Positions 8,200 through 16,853 of a stretch of 35,417 nt of DNA are shown piece after piece (positions within the stretch are counted from its first letter, which is position 1; each line of letters opens with the position of its first letter). The notes under the pieces are model-generated. The model saw only the letters and a list, made by a program, of their open reading frames with translations, was not told the DNA's origin and ran no database searches. Source of the DNA: Spirochaetota bacterium (GTDB lineage: Bacteria > Spirochaetota > Brevinematia > DTOW01). The position numbers were made by a program, and so were the translations under genes. Location of the stretch: the NCBI GenBank assembly GCA_028276145.1, contig JAPYWX010000002.1:1-35417 (forward strand). Reading direction: 5' to 3'.

Positions 8200-9924
8200 A
8201 TGATTGGCATAGACTTCGGAACTAGTAAGTGTGCTATAGCTTATTTTGATGGTGAGAAAGCGAAGATAATAACTGACAAGAAAGGTAGAAAAACTATTCC
8301 TTCGGTTGTAGCAATACTACCAGATGGTACGCCGATAGTTGGAGAAAGTGCAAAGAGTAGGCTATTCATAGACACTAATAATGTTATTAAATCCGTAAAG
8401 AGGTACTTAGGTACAGACCATAGATTTTTTATCAATAATAAGGAGTATTCACCCGAAGAGATATCGTCAATGATTCTTTCTAAACTGAAAGAGATAGCAG
8501 AGTATTATTTAGGTGATGTTGTTAGGGATATTGTAATTACTGTGCCAGCGTACTTTTCTGACCTTCAGAGAAGTGCTTTGAAAAATGCTTGTAGGCTAGC
8601 AGGAATGAATGTTGTTAGGATAATAAACGAACCTACGGCGGCAGCAATAGCGTACGGTATAAATAAGCTTGAGGGCGAAAAAAATATTGTTGTTTATGAT
8701 TTAGGTGGTGGTACGTTTGATGTTTCAATCCTTAACTACAGTAATGGGATATTTGAAGTTATAGCAACATCTGGTAATAACTCTTTGGGAGGAGATGATT
8801 TTGATAGGGCGTTGGTAGAATTGATAGTGGAGGAGTATAAAGAGAAGGAAGGCATAGACTTATCTTCTGATAGGTTAGTGCTTCAGAAATTGTATGAGGA
8901 AGTTGAGAAGGCAAAAATTTTGCTTTCTGATGAAGAAGCTGTTGATGTTGTTGTGCCCTTTGTTAGTGCTACAGAGAATACAATCAAACATCTTTCTTTC
9001 ACTTTGACCAGGGAGCAACTTAACAAAGTTATAGCTCCGTTCGTAGACCAAACAATTGAATTGCTTAACAAGACGATAAAGGAAGCCGGACTCAGTAGAG
9101 AAGATATAAATCACTTACTTTTAGTTGGTGGTTCTACAAGAATACCGTACATAAGAAGAAGAGTTGAAGCTGCATTAGGTATTGGGGCAGAGCCGATGAT
9201 AGACCCTGAGGAAGTTGTAGCTCTCGGTGCGGCAATACAAGCTGGTATAATTGCCGGTGAAATCAAAGGCATAGCTTTGGTGGATGTTACACCTCTGTCT
9301 TTGGGTGTTGAAATAGAGAACGGTATATTTATACCTATAATTCCTAGGAATACACCAATACCGACTTCAGCTAGTAAGATATTTACAACGGTTGTAGATA
9401 ATCAGGAATCAGTAGAAATCCACATACTTCAGGGTGAAAGGTCACTCGCTAAGGATAATATATCCTTAGGAAAGTTTGAGTTGACTGGCATAAGGAAGGC
9501 TAAAAAAGGAGAGCCAAGAATAGAAGTTACATTTGAGATAGATATTGACGGTATCTTGAGGGTTTCGGCTGTTGATTTGTCTACTGGTGCATCACAGAAA
9601 GTTGAGATAAAGGACAGGATGATATTAAGCGAAGAAGAGATAAACAGGATGATAGAAGAGAGTAGGAAAAACAAGGCAAGGGATGAAGAAATAAGGAGAA
9701 TAGGAATATTAAGGAGTAGATACAATATGATTTTGTCCACGATAGAGCCGAAATTGCCTAAAATAAAAGAAGTTGATATAGATTTATACAACGAAATAGT
9801 TGAGTTAAAGGAAAAAATAGAGAAACTGTTTTCTGAAGGCGCAGCTTCGGAGATTGAAGCTAAGATAAAGGACTTGAAATTCTTGTATGAGCAGTTCTTG
9901 GATAAGGTAGTCACTGCATTTTAG
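8200..9924 (+). CDS. Hsp70 family chaperone paralog, DnaK-like and not the canonical dnaK
   Basis: 574 aa with a strong SD (GGGGAGGTG). Hsp70 signatures are present: IGIDFGTSKC, DLGGGTFDVSIL, LVGGSTRIPYI and the substrate-binding segment VDVTPLSLGVE. The phosphate-1 motif is divergent (FGTSKC versus LGTTNS), the protein is short, and no grpE or dnaJ is nearby, all of which point to a paralog. Confidence 0.85.
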   Translation: MIGIDFGTSKCAIAYFDGEKAKIITDKKGRKTIPSVVAILPDGTPIVGESAKSRLFIDTNNVIKSVKRYLGTDHRFFINNKEYSPEEISSMILSKLKEIAEYYLGDVVRDIVITVPAYFSDLQRSALKNACRLAGMNVVRIINEPTAAAIAYGINKLEGEKNIVVYDLGGGTFDVSILNYSNGIFEVIATSGNNSLGGDDFDRALVELIVEEYKEKEGIDLSSDRLVLQKLYEEVEKAKILLSDEEAVDVVVPFVSATENTIKHLSFTLTREQLNKVIAPFVDQTIELLNKTIKEAGLSREDINHLLLVGGSTRIPYIRRRVEAALGIGAEPMIDPEEVVALGAAIQAGIIAGEIKGIALVDVTPLSLGVEIENGIFIPIIPRNTPIPTSASKIFTTVVDNQESVEIHILQGERSLAKDNISLGKFELTGIRKAKKGEPRIEVTFEIDIDGILRVSAVDLSTGASQKVEIKDRMILSEEEINRMIEESRKNKARDEEIRRIGILRSRYNMILSTIEPKLPKIKEVDIDLYNEIVELKEKIEKLFSEGAASEIEAKIKDLKFLYEQFLDKVVTAF

Positions 9925-9956
9925 ATTAAAAGACTTACTCTTTGATATCCTTAAAT

Positions 9957-10026
9957 CACTAAGTGCTGTTTACTTAGTGCTATTTAGCACTTAGTGCTGT
10001 TTAGCACTTAGTGCTATTTAGCACTT
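9957..10026. repeat. Tandem array of about four copies of a 17-bp unit CTTAGTGCT(A/G)TTTAGCA
   Basis: Copies at 9973-9989, 9990-10006 and 10007-10023, plus a decayed first copy from about 9957. Each unit contains a GTGCT-N4-AGCAC palindrome. Confidence 0.9.
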
Positions 10027-10138
10027 AATTAAGAACGTTGCTATTAGTAACTCTTCTGTCCTAGTTACTTGAAGAGAGATGATGTCTCTTTGATCAGTGT
10101 CTTTCTTTCAAGAGAGGCAAAAGGTGAGATAGGCAAGG

Positions 10139-10211
10139 CTCCCCGGGCAGGACTCGAACCTGCGGCCCGCTGGTTAACAGCCAGCTGCTCTGCCGACTGA
10201 GCTACCGGGGA
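10139..10211 (-). tRNA. tRNA-Asn (anticodon GTT)
   Basis: The reverse complement folds by hand into a full cloverleaf. Acceptor TCCCCGG/CCGGGGA, D stem GCTC/GAGC, anticodon stem GCTGG/CCAGC with loop CTGTTAA, 5-nt variable loop, and T arm GCAGG-TTCGAGT-CCTGC. Discriminator is G and CCA is not encoded. Confidence 0.95.
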
Positions 10212-10226
10212 ACAACTAGTAAAAAA

Positions 10227-10256
10227 ATTATACAGAGTTTACTTTAGAAAAATCAA
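10227..10256 (-). promoter_or_regulatory. Candidate sigma70-type promoter for tRNA-Asn
   Basis: Minus strand reads TTGATT-N18-TATAAT (-35 at 10256-10251, -10 at 10232-10227). The -10 element ends 15 nt upstream of the mature tRNA 5' end. Confidence 0.45.
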
Positions 10257-10284
10257 CTTTTTGAATTTCTGTTGGAAAAATCTT

Positions 10285-10572
10285 GTGCTTAATAGCACCT
10301 TTTTAATCAAGTGCTTAAAGCACTTGTGCTAATGGACTTTCTATTAAACACTTATAGAGTGTGGAGAGGCTGTGCCTCTCCGCATCAATCAAGGTCGGTG
10401 AGGTCGCTTAAAGTAATGTGTTAAATGGAATAGTTTACTTAATAGCACTTGTGCTTAATAGCACTTTTTCATTATGAATGAGAAAGTGAAGAGAAGCTAT
10501 TCCTCTCTTAAGCTAATTAAGTTGGGTAAGGTGCTTCATAGCACTTACTAAAAACAATGTGCTAATTAGCAC
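10285..10572. repeat. Intergenic hairpin-repeat cluster C
   Basis: GTGCT-N3/4-AGCAC at 10285-10298, 10311-10323, 10451-10464, 10531-10544 and 10559-10572. GGAGAGGC-TGT-GCCTCTCC at 10363-10381. Decayed copies lie in between. Confidence 0.85.
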
Positions 10573-10664
10573 TTATTAGTAAAAAGAGAGCATTAGGCTC
10601 ACCTGTGAGTTTTTCAACACAATTAAATTATCTTGTTATTTCCATTCGTTTGCTTTCATAAAAT

Positions 10665-11345
10665 ATGGATATGAGTAAGAAGAAGATTTTTGTTTTGTTG
10701 TTTGTTTTGGTGCTTTTTGTTTCTTACTATTCTTTTGCTGGTAGTGAACCGAAGTTTTTGAAGTATTACTTTTCTATTCTTGGGATAAGAGCCGGTGAAG
10801 CAAATGTAAATATAGAGAGGAGTGAGACCAATATAAGGGCTATATCTACTATAAAAACTTACCCTGGAACAAAACCATTTGTTTATGCTGATGACTTGGT
10901 TATATCGTATATTGACCCCAAGACTCTAAGGACCATAAAAAGGGAAAGTTATAGTGTTGAGAAAGATTTGAAAGATACGAACTTTGTGTTTTTTGATAGG
11001 GGGAAAAATTTGGTTATTGTTGATAGTATCTTTTTTGGTGATACTGTTATTTACAATACAAATGACACAATAAATGACCTTGCTACTGAGATAATAAGAA
11101 CTATGTACTGGGAAAAGTTGCCAGATGAGTTTTTTGTTAATTTTCTGGAGGTGACTAACTCTAGGTACATAAGTTTCTCTAGAATGAAAGGAACTAGGTA
11201 TAGAATAAATGGTATCAAGGGGGGATATATAGAACTCACAAACATAGGTGGCTATTACATATTCTCTAAAGCCAATATACCAGTGTTTTATCTTTTCCCT
11301 TTTGGTGATATAAGTATATATGTAGAGTTGGGTGGTGTGGAATAA
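10665..11345 (+). CDS. Secreted hypothetical protein, possibly DUF3108-like
   Basis: 226 aa with a signal peptide (KKIFVLLFVLVLFVSYYSFAGS). The N-terminal YYFSILGIRAGEANVNI pattern resembles DUF3108 proteins, but I recognise it only weakly. Confidence 0.6.
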   Translation: MDMSKKKIFVLLFVLVLFVSYYSFAGSEPKFLKYYFSILGIRAGEANVNIERSETNIRAISTIKTYPGTKPFVYADDLVISYIDPKTLRTIKRESYSVEKDLKDTNFVFFDRGKNLVIVDSIFFGDTVIYNTNDTINDLATEIIRTMYWEKLPDEFFVNFLEVTNSRYISFSRMKGTRYRINGIKGGYIELTNIGGYYIFSKANIPVFYLFPFGDISIYVELGGVE

Positions 11346-11409
11346 ATAACTTGAAATTTTTTCCGTTTTGGTATAAAATTCTCTATTAATATTACAAGAA
11401 GGTGAAGTT

Positions 11410-12558
11410 ATGAATGTTAATAAGTTCAAGAAAAGGATTGAGGCTCTATTAATGAAGACTGGAGGCAGAACTTTTATAACCTCTGAGTCTGAACACATTT
11501 ATTACTTCTCTGGCTTTACTGGTGATTATGCTTTGATGATTATAGGCTACAAAAGCAATCATATAATAACAACTGAGATGTTTGAAGAGCAGGTTTACAA
11601 TGATGTTGATAGTAGTTTGTTTAATATACATGTAGTTAAGAAGAAGGAAATAAATCCTTTGGTTGTTGATATACTTCTTGAAAATGAGTCGGAGGAGATA
11701 TGTATCTCTTCTCAGGATACTACAATAAATTCATTCGTTTCGGTGATAGAGGCTGCAAAAGATAACAAGATATTTGGTGTAAATAAGAAATTGATTTCTT
11801 TGAGGGATGACCACTTTGCCGTTGGAGATATAAGGATATACTTTTCGGAGAATTATCCTCTTGTTGTCAGAGCTGTGAAGGATGAAGAAGAAATAGAGAT
11901 AATAAAAAGGAATTTACTACTTTCTGATGAAGCTTTCTTGTATACCTTGAGGATGATTAAGCCAGGGATGACAGAGATAGAAGTAGCCGCTGAATTTGAG
12001 TACTACTCTAGAAAGAAAGGAGCGGAGGGGGTATCGTTCCCAACAATAGTTGCCTCAGGTTCTAGGTCTTCGGTACCTCATGCCACTGCCTCGAATAAAG
12101 TCATTAATAACAATGAGCCTATAATTTTTGACTTTGGAATAAAGATGGATAGATATTGTACGGATACTACTAGAACTATATTTGTAGGTAAGCCTAGTGA
12201 TAAATTTGTTGAGACATATAAGATAGTTCTTGATGCTATGAATGAAGGGATAGCGATAATAAAGGCAGGGGTGAAGGCTTCGGATATTGACAGCAAGGTT
12301 AGAGGATATCTTGCTAAGTATGGATTAGATAGTTACTTTTTACATGGTACTGGGCATGGTGTAGGTTTGGATATCCACGAACTGCCAACTTTGAATGAGA
12401 CGAGTAATGATATTCTTAGAGAAGGTATGATTGTTACAGTTGAGCCGGGTGTGTACTTCAAAAATGAGTTTGGTATAAGGATAGAAAACATGGTTTTGGT
12501 TAGGAAGAATTCGGCCGAGGTTCTAACTACTTTGCCTACTGAACTTTTAGTTGTTTAG
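11410..12558 (+). CDS. pepP: Xaa-Pro aminopeptidase / M24B family metallopeptidase
   Basis: 382 aa with a good SD (GAAGGTGA). M24 pita-bread motifs are present: FPTIVASG, FDFG...Y.TD.TRT, HGTGHGVGLDIHE, VEPGVY and IRIEN. Confidence 0.85.
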   Translation: MNVNKFKKRIEALLMKTGGRTFITSESEHIYYFSGFTGDYALMIIGYKSNHIITTEMFEEQVYNDVDSSLFNIHVVKKKEINPLVVDILLENESEEICISSQDTTINSFVSVIEAAKDNKIFGVNKKLISLRDDHFAVGDIRIYFSENYPLVVRAVKDEEEIEIIKRNLLLSDEAFLYTLRMIKPGMTEIEVAAEFEYYSRKKGAEGVSFPTIVASGSRSSVPHATASNKVINNNEPIIFDFGIKMDRYCTDTTRTIFVGKPSDKFVETYKIVLDAMNEGIAIIKAGVKASDIDSKVRGYLAKYGLDSYFLHGTGHGVGLDIHELPTLNETSNDILREGMIVTVEPGVYFKNEFGIRIENMVLVRKNSAEVLTTLPTELLVV

Positions 12559-12559
12559 T

Positions 12560-13576
12560 TTACCTCGTTCTTATCCTTACCTTTATTGCTCCTGCTTCTT
12601 TCATTAGCGATATAACATTTATTATGTCCTCGGATTTGAAGCCGTTTTTGAACAAAAATTGGACAAATTCAGAAAGTTGATTGCTGGGAATAGAATATAT
12701 CTCGCCATATTCCATAATTCCGCCTATCTCTGAAAATTCTATTTTCATTCCTTTATATGATATGCTTACTGGTTGTATGCTTACATTACCAGAAATAACC
12801 AAAGTGTTATTTTTTGGGTCTATCACTATTGTGGGTGTGACTGTGTATTCTATTTCTGTGTTCATTATTCTTGATATAAATTCTATTTCGTTTCCTTCAA
12901 AGCTTTCGGGTATCTCTATGCTTACTGTTGATAGGTCTTCAACTTCTACAGTTATTTTGACTTCTTCAAACTGTTCTTTTAAGGTGTTGATGAAGCTAGA
13001 TATTACTTGAGGAGAATCGTCATCAAAGTGTAATCGTATCTTTCCGTTTTGTAGGAAGTTTTTAGAGATGTTTGATATGACTATTCCACCACCTGGAATG
13101 TTACCAGAGGTTTTTATGCCTGACTTAGGTGTTATTATCGTTCCTTGAGCTATACCTACTATATTACCGTCAATGTCTTTAAGTAATGTTTTTAGAAGAA
13201 ATCCACCCTCAAGTGACCTAGCATCAAAGATTGATGAAACATTAACATCAAAAGTCATGCCAGATTTTGAAAATGGTGATATTTTACCTGTTACGATTAC
13301 CGAAGCTATGTTTTTTGATGATATATTCGTAGAGCTTACATTTATTCCGAGATTGTTTAAGTAGTTCATTATGCTTGTTCTCGTGATTTCATTCTTTATG
13401 TTGTCTCCTGTTCCTCTTAATCCAACTACTACACCATAGCCTGAGACTTGTATTTCCTCAAGCCCTACTATCTTAGCTATATCTCTTACTTTTACATTTT
13501 CTCCGTTAGCGTTCAGCAAAACCAAAGTTAGTAGTACGGTTGTGAATAGTACTTTCAGTGTTTGGCGTTTTCCCAT
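12560..13576 (-). CDS. flgI: Flagellar basal-body P-ring protein FlgI
   Basis: 338 aa with a signal peptide followed by VRDIAKIVGLEEIQVSGYGVVVGLRGTGD. This matches the FlgI N-terminal consensus (ikDi..v.G.r.NqL.GYGLVVGL.GTGD). The C-terminus is also FlgI-like. Confidence 0.8.
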   Translation of the reverse strand: MGKRQTLKVLFTTVLLTLVLLNANGENVKVRDIAKIVGLEEIQVSGYGVVVGLRGTGDNIKNEITRTSIMNYLNNLGINVSSTNISSKNIASVIVTGKISPFSKSGMTFDVNVSSIFDARSLEGGFLLKTLLKDIDGNIVGIAQGTIITPKSGIKTSGNIPGGGIVISNISKNFLQNGKIRLHFDDDSPQVISSFINTLKEQFEEVKITVEVEDLSTVSIEIPESFEGNEIEFISRIMNTEIEYTVTPTIVIDPKNNTLVISGNVSIQPVSISYKGMKIEFSEIGGIMEYGEIYSIPSNQLSEFVQFLFKNGFKSEDIINVISLMKEAGAIKVRIRTR

Positions 13577-13637
13577 AAGGTTATTTTCGTAAGAGAGGTT
13601 AGCATTTTTAGGATATTAATTCTGAGCCTGAGGTTCA

Positions 13638-13947
13638 AAGAGCCTTGGACTCTTTCTTATTTAAAGAGAGGTTGTACCTCTCTGTAATCTTCAATATTTA
13701 TGAATTGCTATTGGGTGAGAAGGTGCTGTTTAGCACCTTTAAGCAGTGCTTTAAGTGCGGCGTGCTTTAAGAACTTAATTTGGAAGGTGCTATTAAGCAC
13801 CTTTGAGTATTTATAAGTAGGTGCTATAAGCACCCCACCCGCCCACCATATTTCATGTAGAGGGGGGGTAAACCCCTCTACACCCCCTAGAGTAATTTGG
13901 ATAATAAAGTACTGTAAGCACTTAGTTAAAAAGGTGCTATTAAGCGC
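13638..13947. repeat. Intergenic hairpin-repeat cluster D
   Basis: AGAGAGG-TTGTA-CCTCTCT at 13665-13683. AAGGTGCT-GTTT-AGCACCTT at 13720-13739. AAGGTGCT-ATTA-AGCACCTT at 13784-13803. GGTGCT-ATA-AGCACC at 13820-13834, followed by CCCCACCCGCCCACC at 13833-13847. GTAGAGGGG-GGGTAAA-CCCCTCTAC at 13857-13881. Several decayed copies are also present. Confidence 0.85.
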
Positions 13948-14018
13948 AAGATACTTGAGTAATGAGGTTTTCAGAATGAATTGAAAATTTTTCGGATAGT
14001 TATTATCTTATTGTATTT

Positions 14019-15071
14019 ATGCCAGTTGTTTTTGTTGGAATGAGTGGTGGGGTTGATAGCAGTGTTTCTGCTTTGCTTCTCAAAGAGCAAGGTTATGAGG
14101 TTAGGGGAGTTACTCTAGTTTTGTCTGATGTTGAAGGTGAAAGAAAGTGTTGTTCTCTAGATGAGGTTAAATATGCTCAGTATGTTTGTAAGTACTTAGG
14201 TATAACTCATGAGATTGTTAATGTAAAGGATTTGTTCAGAAGAAAGATAATATTACCTTTCATAAAAGAGTATCGTGAGGGTAGGACACCAAATCCTTGC
14301 GTTAACTGTAATTTTTACTTTAAGTTTGGCTATATGTTGGAGTATGCTATTTCGCAAGGTGGTAATTTTGTTGCTACTGGTCATTATGCTAGGGTGGTGG
14401 AAGTGGATTCTGAAAAGTTACTCTATAAAGGGATTGATAAGAACAAGGATCAATCGTATTTTCTTGCTAGGTTGAGCAAATTCCAATTAAGTAGGTCTTT
14501 GTTTCCTGTTGGCGAACTTACGAAAAGTGAAGTTCAGAGAATTGCGAGAGAAGCAAGGTTACCTCTTAAACCACATTTAAGAGAAAGTCAGGATTTGTGT
14601 TTTGTTCCTAATAACGATGTGAAGAGTTTTTTGATTAATAATGGTATTAGTCCCTTAGAAGGAGAAGTAGTTGATGAGAATGGAAACTTTCTTTCTAAGC
14701 ATGATGGGGTTTATTTCTATACAGTTGGGCAGAGAAGAGGATTAGGGGTACAAGTTGGTAGGAAAATTTATGTTAAGTACAAAGATGTAGTAAATAACAG
14801 GATAGTCGTTTCGGAGTCTCCATATTTTTCGGGGTTCTATGGCTCAAAGCTTAATTGGTTGTGGTACGGTGAACCTAGAAACGGGGTATTTACCATCAAG
14901 GTTAGGTATAAGAGTGAAGGGGTTAGGGGATACTTGGAAGTAATTGACGATGACAAGGTTAAAGTAGAATTTTATGAAAAACAATTTGGGGTTACTCCAG
15001 GGCAGTTAGCGGTTTTCTACGATGGTGATTGCGTTGTTGGTAGTGCCTTTATAGATTCCACTTTCTCTTAG
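14019..15071 (+). CDS. mnmA: tRNA 2-thiouridine(34) synthase MnmA
   Basis: 350 aa. The PP-loop is at the N-terminus (VGMSGGVDSSVSALLL). NPCVNCN, ATGHYAR, KDQSYFL and the C-terminal beta-barrel region are typical of MnmA/TrmU. Confidence 0.9.
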   Translation: MPVVFVGMSGGVDSSVSALLLKEQGYEVRGVTLVLSDVEGERKCCSLDEVKYAQYVCKYLGITHEIVNVKDLFRRKIILPFIKEYREGRTPNPCVNCNFYFKFGYMLEYAISQGGNFVATGHYARVVEVDSEKLLYKGIDKNKDQSYFLARLSKFQLSRSLFPVGELTKSEVQRIAREARLPLKPHLRESQDLCFVPNNDVKSFLINNGISPLEGEVVDENGNFLSKHDGVYFYTVGQRRGLGVQVGRKIYVKYKDVVNNRIVVSESPYFSGFYGSKLNWLWYGEPRNGVFTIKVRYKSEGVRGYLEVIDDDKVKVEFYEKQFGVTPGQLAVFYDGDCVVGSAFIDSTFS

Positions 15072-15694
15072 TAAATTACTGACTTTAGCCATTCTTTGAT
15101 TTCCGACATTTTGAATATTTCACCGTGTCCAGGTAAACATGTAACTTCATCGGGTATTTCGTTATAGAGTCTTTTGAGAGAATTAATTATCTCTTCTTGA
15201 TTTCCGTCAATGAAGTCTGTCCTTCCGTAAGAGAACTTGAAAAGGGTATCTCCCGTTAGAAGAATTTTTTCATCTTCTATGTAAAAGCACGAACTACCTT
15301 TTGTGTGTCCTGGTGTGTGGATAGTGAGAAGCTTTTTGTTCCCTATCTTTATTTCGTCTCCGTCGTTTAGTTCTATGTCAGGGGGTAGTGAGTAGAAAGG
15401 GGTACTTAGTATGTAGGCTGATAAGTTTTTGAATGGGTTTTGTATCATCTCTGAATCATTTTTGTGTATAGTCAAGTTTCCGTTTGTTTTTTCTTTTAGT
15501 TTGTTATTTCCGAGTATGTGGTCAAAGTGTCCGTGAGTGTTTATTATGTACTTAACTTCTAGGTTTTCTTTTTGGATAATTTCTAACAATAAGTCTGGGT
15601 GGTCTCCAGGGTCTACTATTATACATTCGTTTCCTTCCGTTATGATATAGCAATTTGTGTTATTATCACCTAGAGTTACTACTTTTATTTTCAT
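15068..15694 (-). CDS. MBL-fold metallo-hydrolase (glyoxalase II-like)
   Basis: 208 aa. Contains THGHFDH (HxHxDH), HTPGHT and a downstream D and H typical of the metallo-beta-lactamase fold. Confidence 0.85.
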   Translation of the reverse strand: MKIKVVTLGDNNTNCYIITEGNECIIVDPGDHPDLLLEIIQKENLEVKYIINTHGHFDHILGNNKLKEKTNGNLTIHKNDSEMIQNPFKNLSAYILSTPFYSLPPDIELNDGDEIKIGNKKLLTIHTPGHTKGSSCFYIEDEKILLTGDTLFKFSYGRTDFIDGNQEEIINSLKRLYNEIPDEVTCLPGHGEIFKMSEIKEWLKSVIY

Positions 15695-15705
15695 TTCTTT
15701 CGTGG

Positions 15706-16464
15706 CTATTCAAACAGTTTTTCAATGTCTTTTGAGTATTCTTTTGTTTTCTTCTGTAGTTCGCTTTTCCTTTTCTTATATATTTCTTTTAGCATTTGTA
15801 ATCTCTTCTTGTATCTCTGCTTTTCGATTTCTGTTAATGGTTGTTTCTTGTCCTTTAGAAATTCTATTCCTTCACCTTCTTTGAACTTTGTTGTTGCGTT
15901 TATTACGTCTAAAGATGAGAGAGTTATTTTTTCGTCTTCATTTACATCAACGGAGTAGCTATCTATGAGTTTTGTGTATTCTATATCTGGTATAGCTGGG
16001 GCTACTAACACTGAACCTTCTAGTGTATATACAGTAGTATCTTGTTCGTCTGATTCAAGTATAAATTCAGTTCCTCTGACTGTTGCAAATGCTGTTTCAG
16101 TTTTTATTGTTACTCTACTTTTGGGAGAGTATACACCTTGAGCTGAGAATATTATGTTTCCTTTTGCTGAAATCTTATCAATCTTGTATCCAGCTGCTAC
16201 CTTTTCTATTTCATCAAATGTTACTGTCGTTTGCTCTTCGATTTTCAATAATCCTTTATCGCTTATTTTTATTGTACATTCTGAGTCTTTTCCTGTTATT
16301 ATTGTGTCTCCTTTTTTCAAAATGTAGCCTATACTAGGCGATATTGACTTGGAGCCTTGTTTCAAGGTAACTTTACCAATAATAAGGTCTATCTTATAAG
16401 TTGCTCCGAATGATATTCCTGAAAAGAAAATTAATAACGATATAGCTAATACTAGTTTTTTCAT
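15706..16464 (-). CDS. FecR domain-containing secreted protein with a lysine-rich coiled C-terminus
   Basis: 252 aa with a signal peptide. The beta-rich core (GKVTLKQGSKSISPSIGYILKKGDTIITGKDSECTIKISDKGLLKIEEQTTVTF ... TAFATVRGTEFILE) resembles the FecR/PF04773 fold. Confidence 0.6.
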   Translation of the reverse strand: MKKLVLAISLLIFFSGISFGATYKIDLIIGKVTLKQGSKSISPSIGYILKKGDTIITGKDSECTIKISDKGLLKIEEQTTVTFDEIEKVAAGYKIDKISAKGNIIFSAQGVYSPKSRVTIKTETAFATVRGTEFILESDEQDTTVYTLEGSVLVAPAIPDIEYTKLIDSYSVDVNEDEKITLSSLDVINATTKFKEGEGIEFLKDKKQPLTEIEKQRYKKRLQMLKEIYKKRKSELQKKTKEYSKDIEKLFE

Positions 16465-16530
16465 TATGAACCTCCTAGGAATATAATAATTGAGTTACTT
16501 CCATTTTTCAAAATCATTATTCTACCTTAC

Positions 16531-16811
16531 TAGAGAGGCTTTGCCTCTCTACATTGAATAGATGCTTATGTGCTTAATAGCACATGTGCTTAATAGCACA
16601 TTCTTAATTGCTATGGCACTTCTCATTAAACATTGTTGAGTAGGGGGGAATATAAACCTTCTCTAATCAATTAGAGTGAGTGCTTATAGCACTTTTCAAT
16701 AAAAAACCTACAAAGTGTTGGGATGCTAGGTGTCCTAGCAAAAGATAAGGGCTGGTTGAGCTACTTAAAGTAGTTACCTAAAAAGAGAGTTAGGAGAGGC
16801 TAACGCCTCTC
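16531..16811. repeat. Intergenic hairpin-repeat cluster E
   Basis: TAGAGAGGC-TTT-GCCTCTCTA at 16531-16551. A 16-bp unit ATGTGCTTAATAGCAC occurs twice at 16568-16599. GTGCT-TAT-AGCAC at 16680-16692 is followed by TTTTCAATAAAAAA..GTGTTGGGAT and the hairpin GCTAGG-TGT-CCTAGC at 16725-16739. GAGAGGC-TAAC-GCCTCTC at 16794-16811. Confidence 0.85.
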
Positions 16812-16853
16812 TTTAAATTGTATAGAAAGTTTGGGAACATATAAACTTATGTA

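Noticed and set aside
9957-10026. Possible CRISPR array, here and at the other tandem palindromic arrays (6129-6175, 16568-16599, 20746-20838)
   Set aside because: The units are 15-17 bp and directly abutting, with no unique spacers of 25-40 bp. No cas genes or leader are present. These are tandem hairpin repeats, not CRISPR.
9925-10664. tRNA-Asn flank as an integration site for a genomic island or prophage
   Set aside because: No integrase, no direct repeat of the tRNA 3' end, and no foreign-looking genes are present. The flanks contain only the same hairpin repeats seen elsewhere, and ordinary genes follow.
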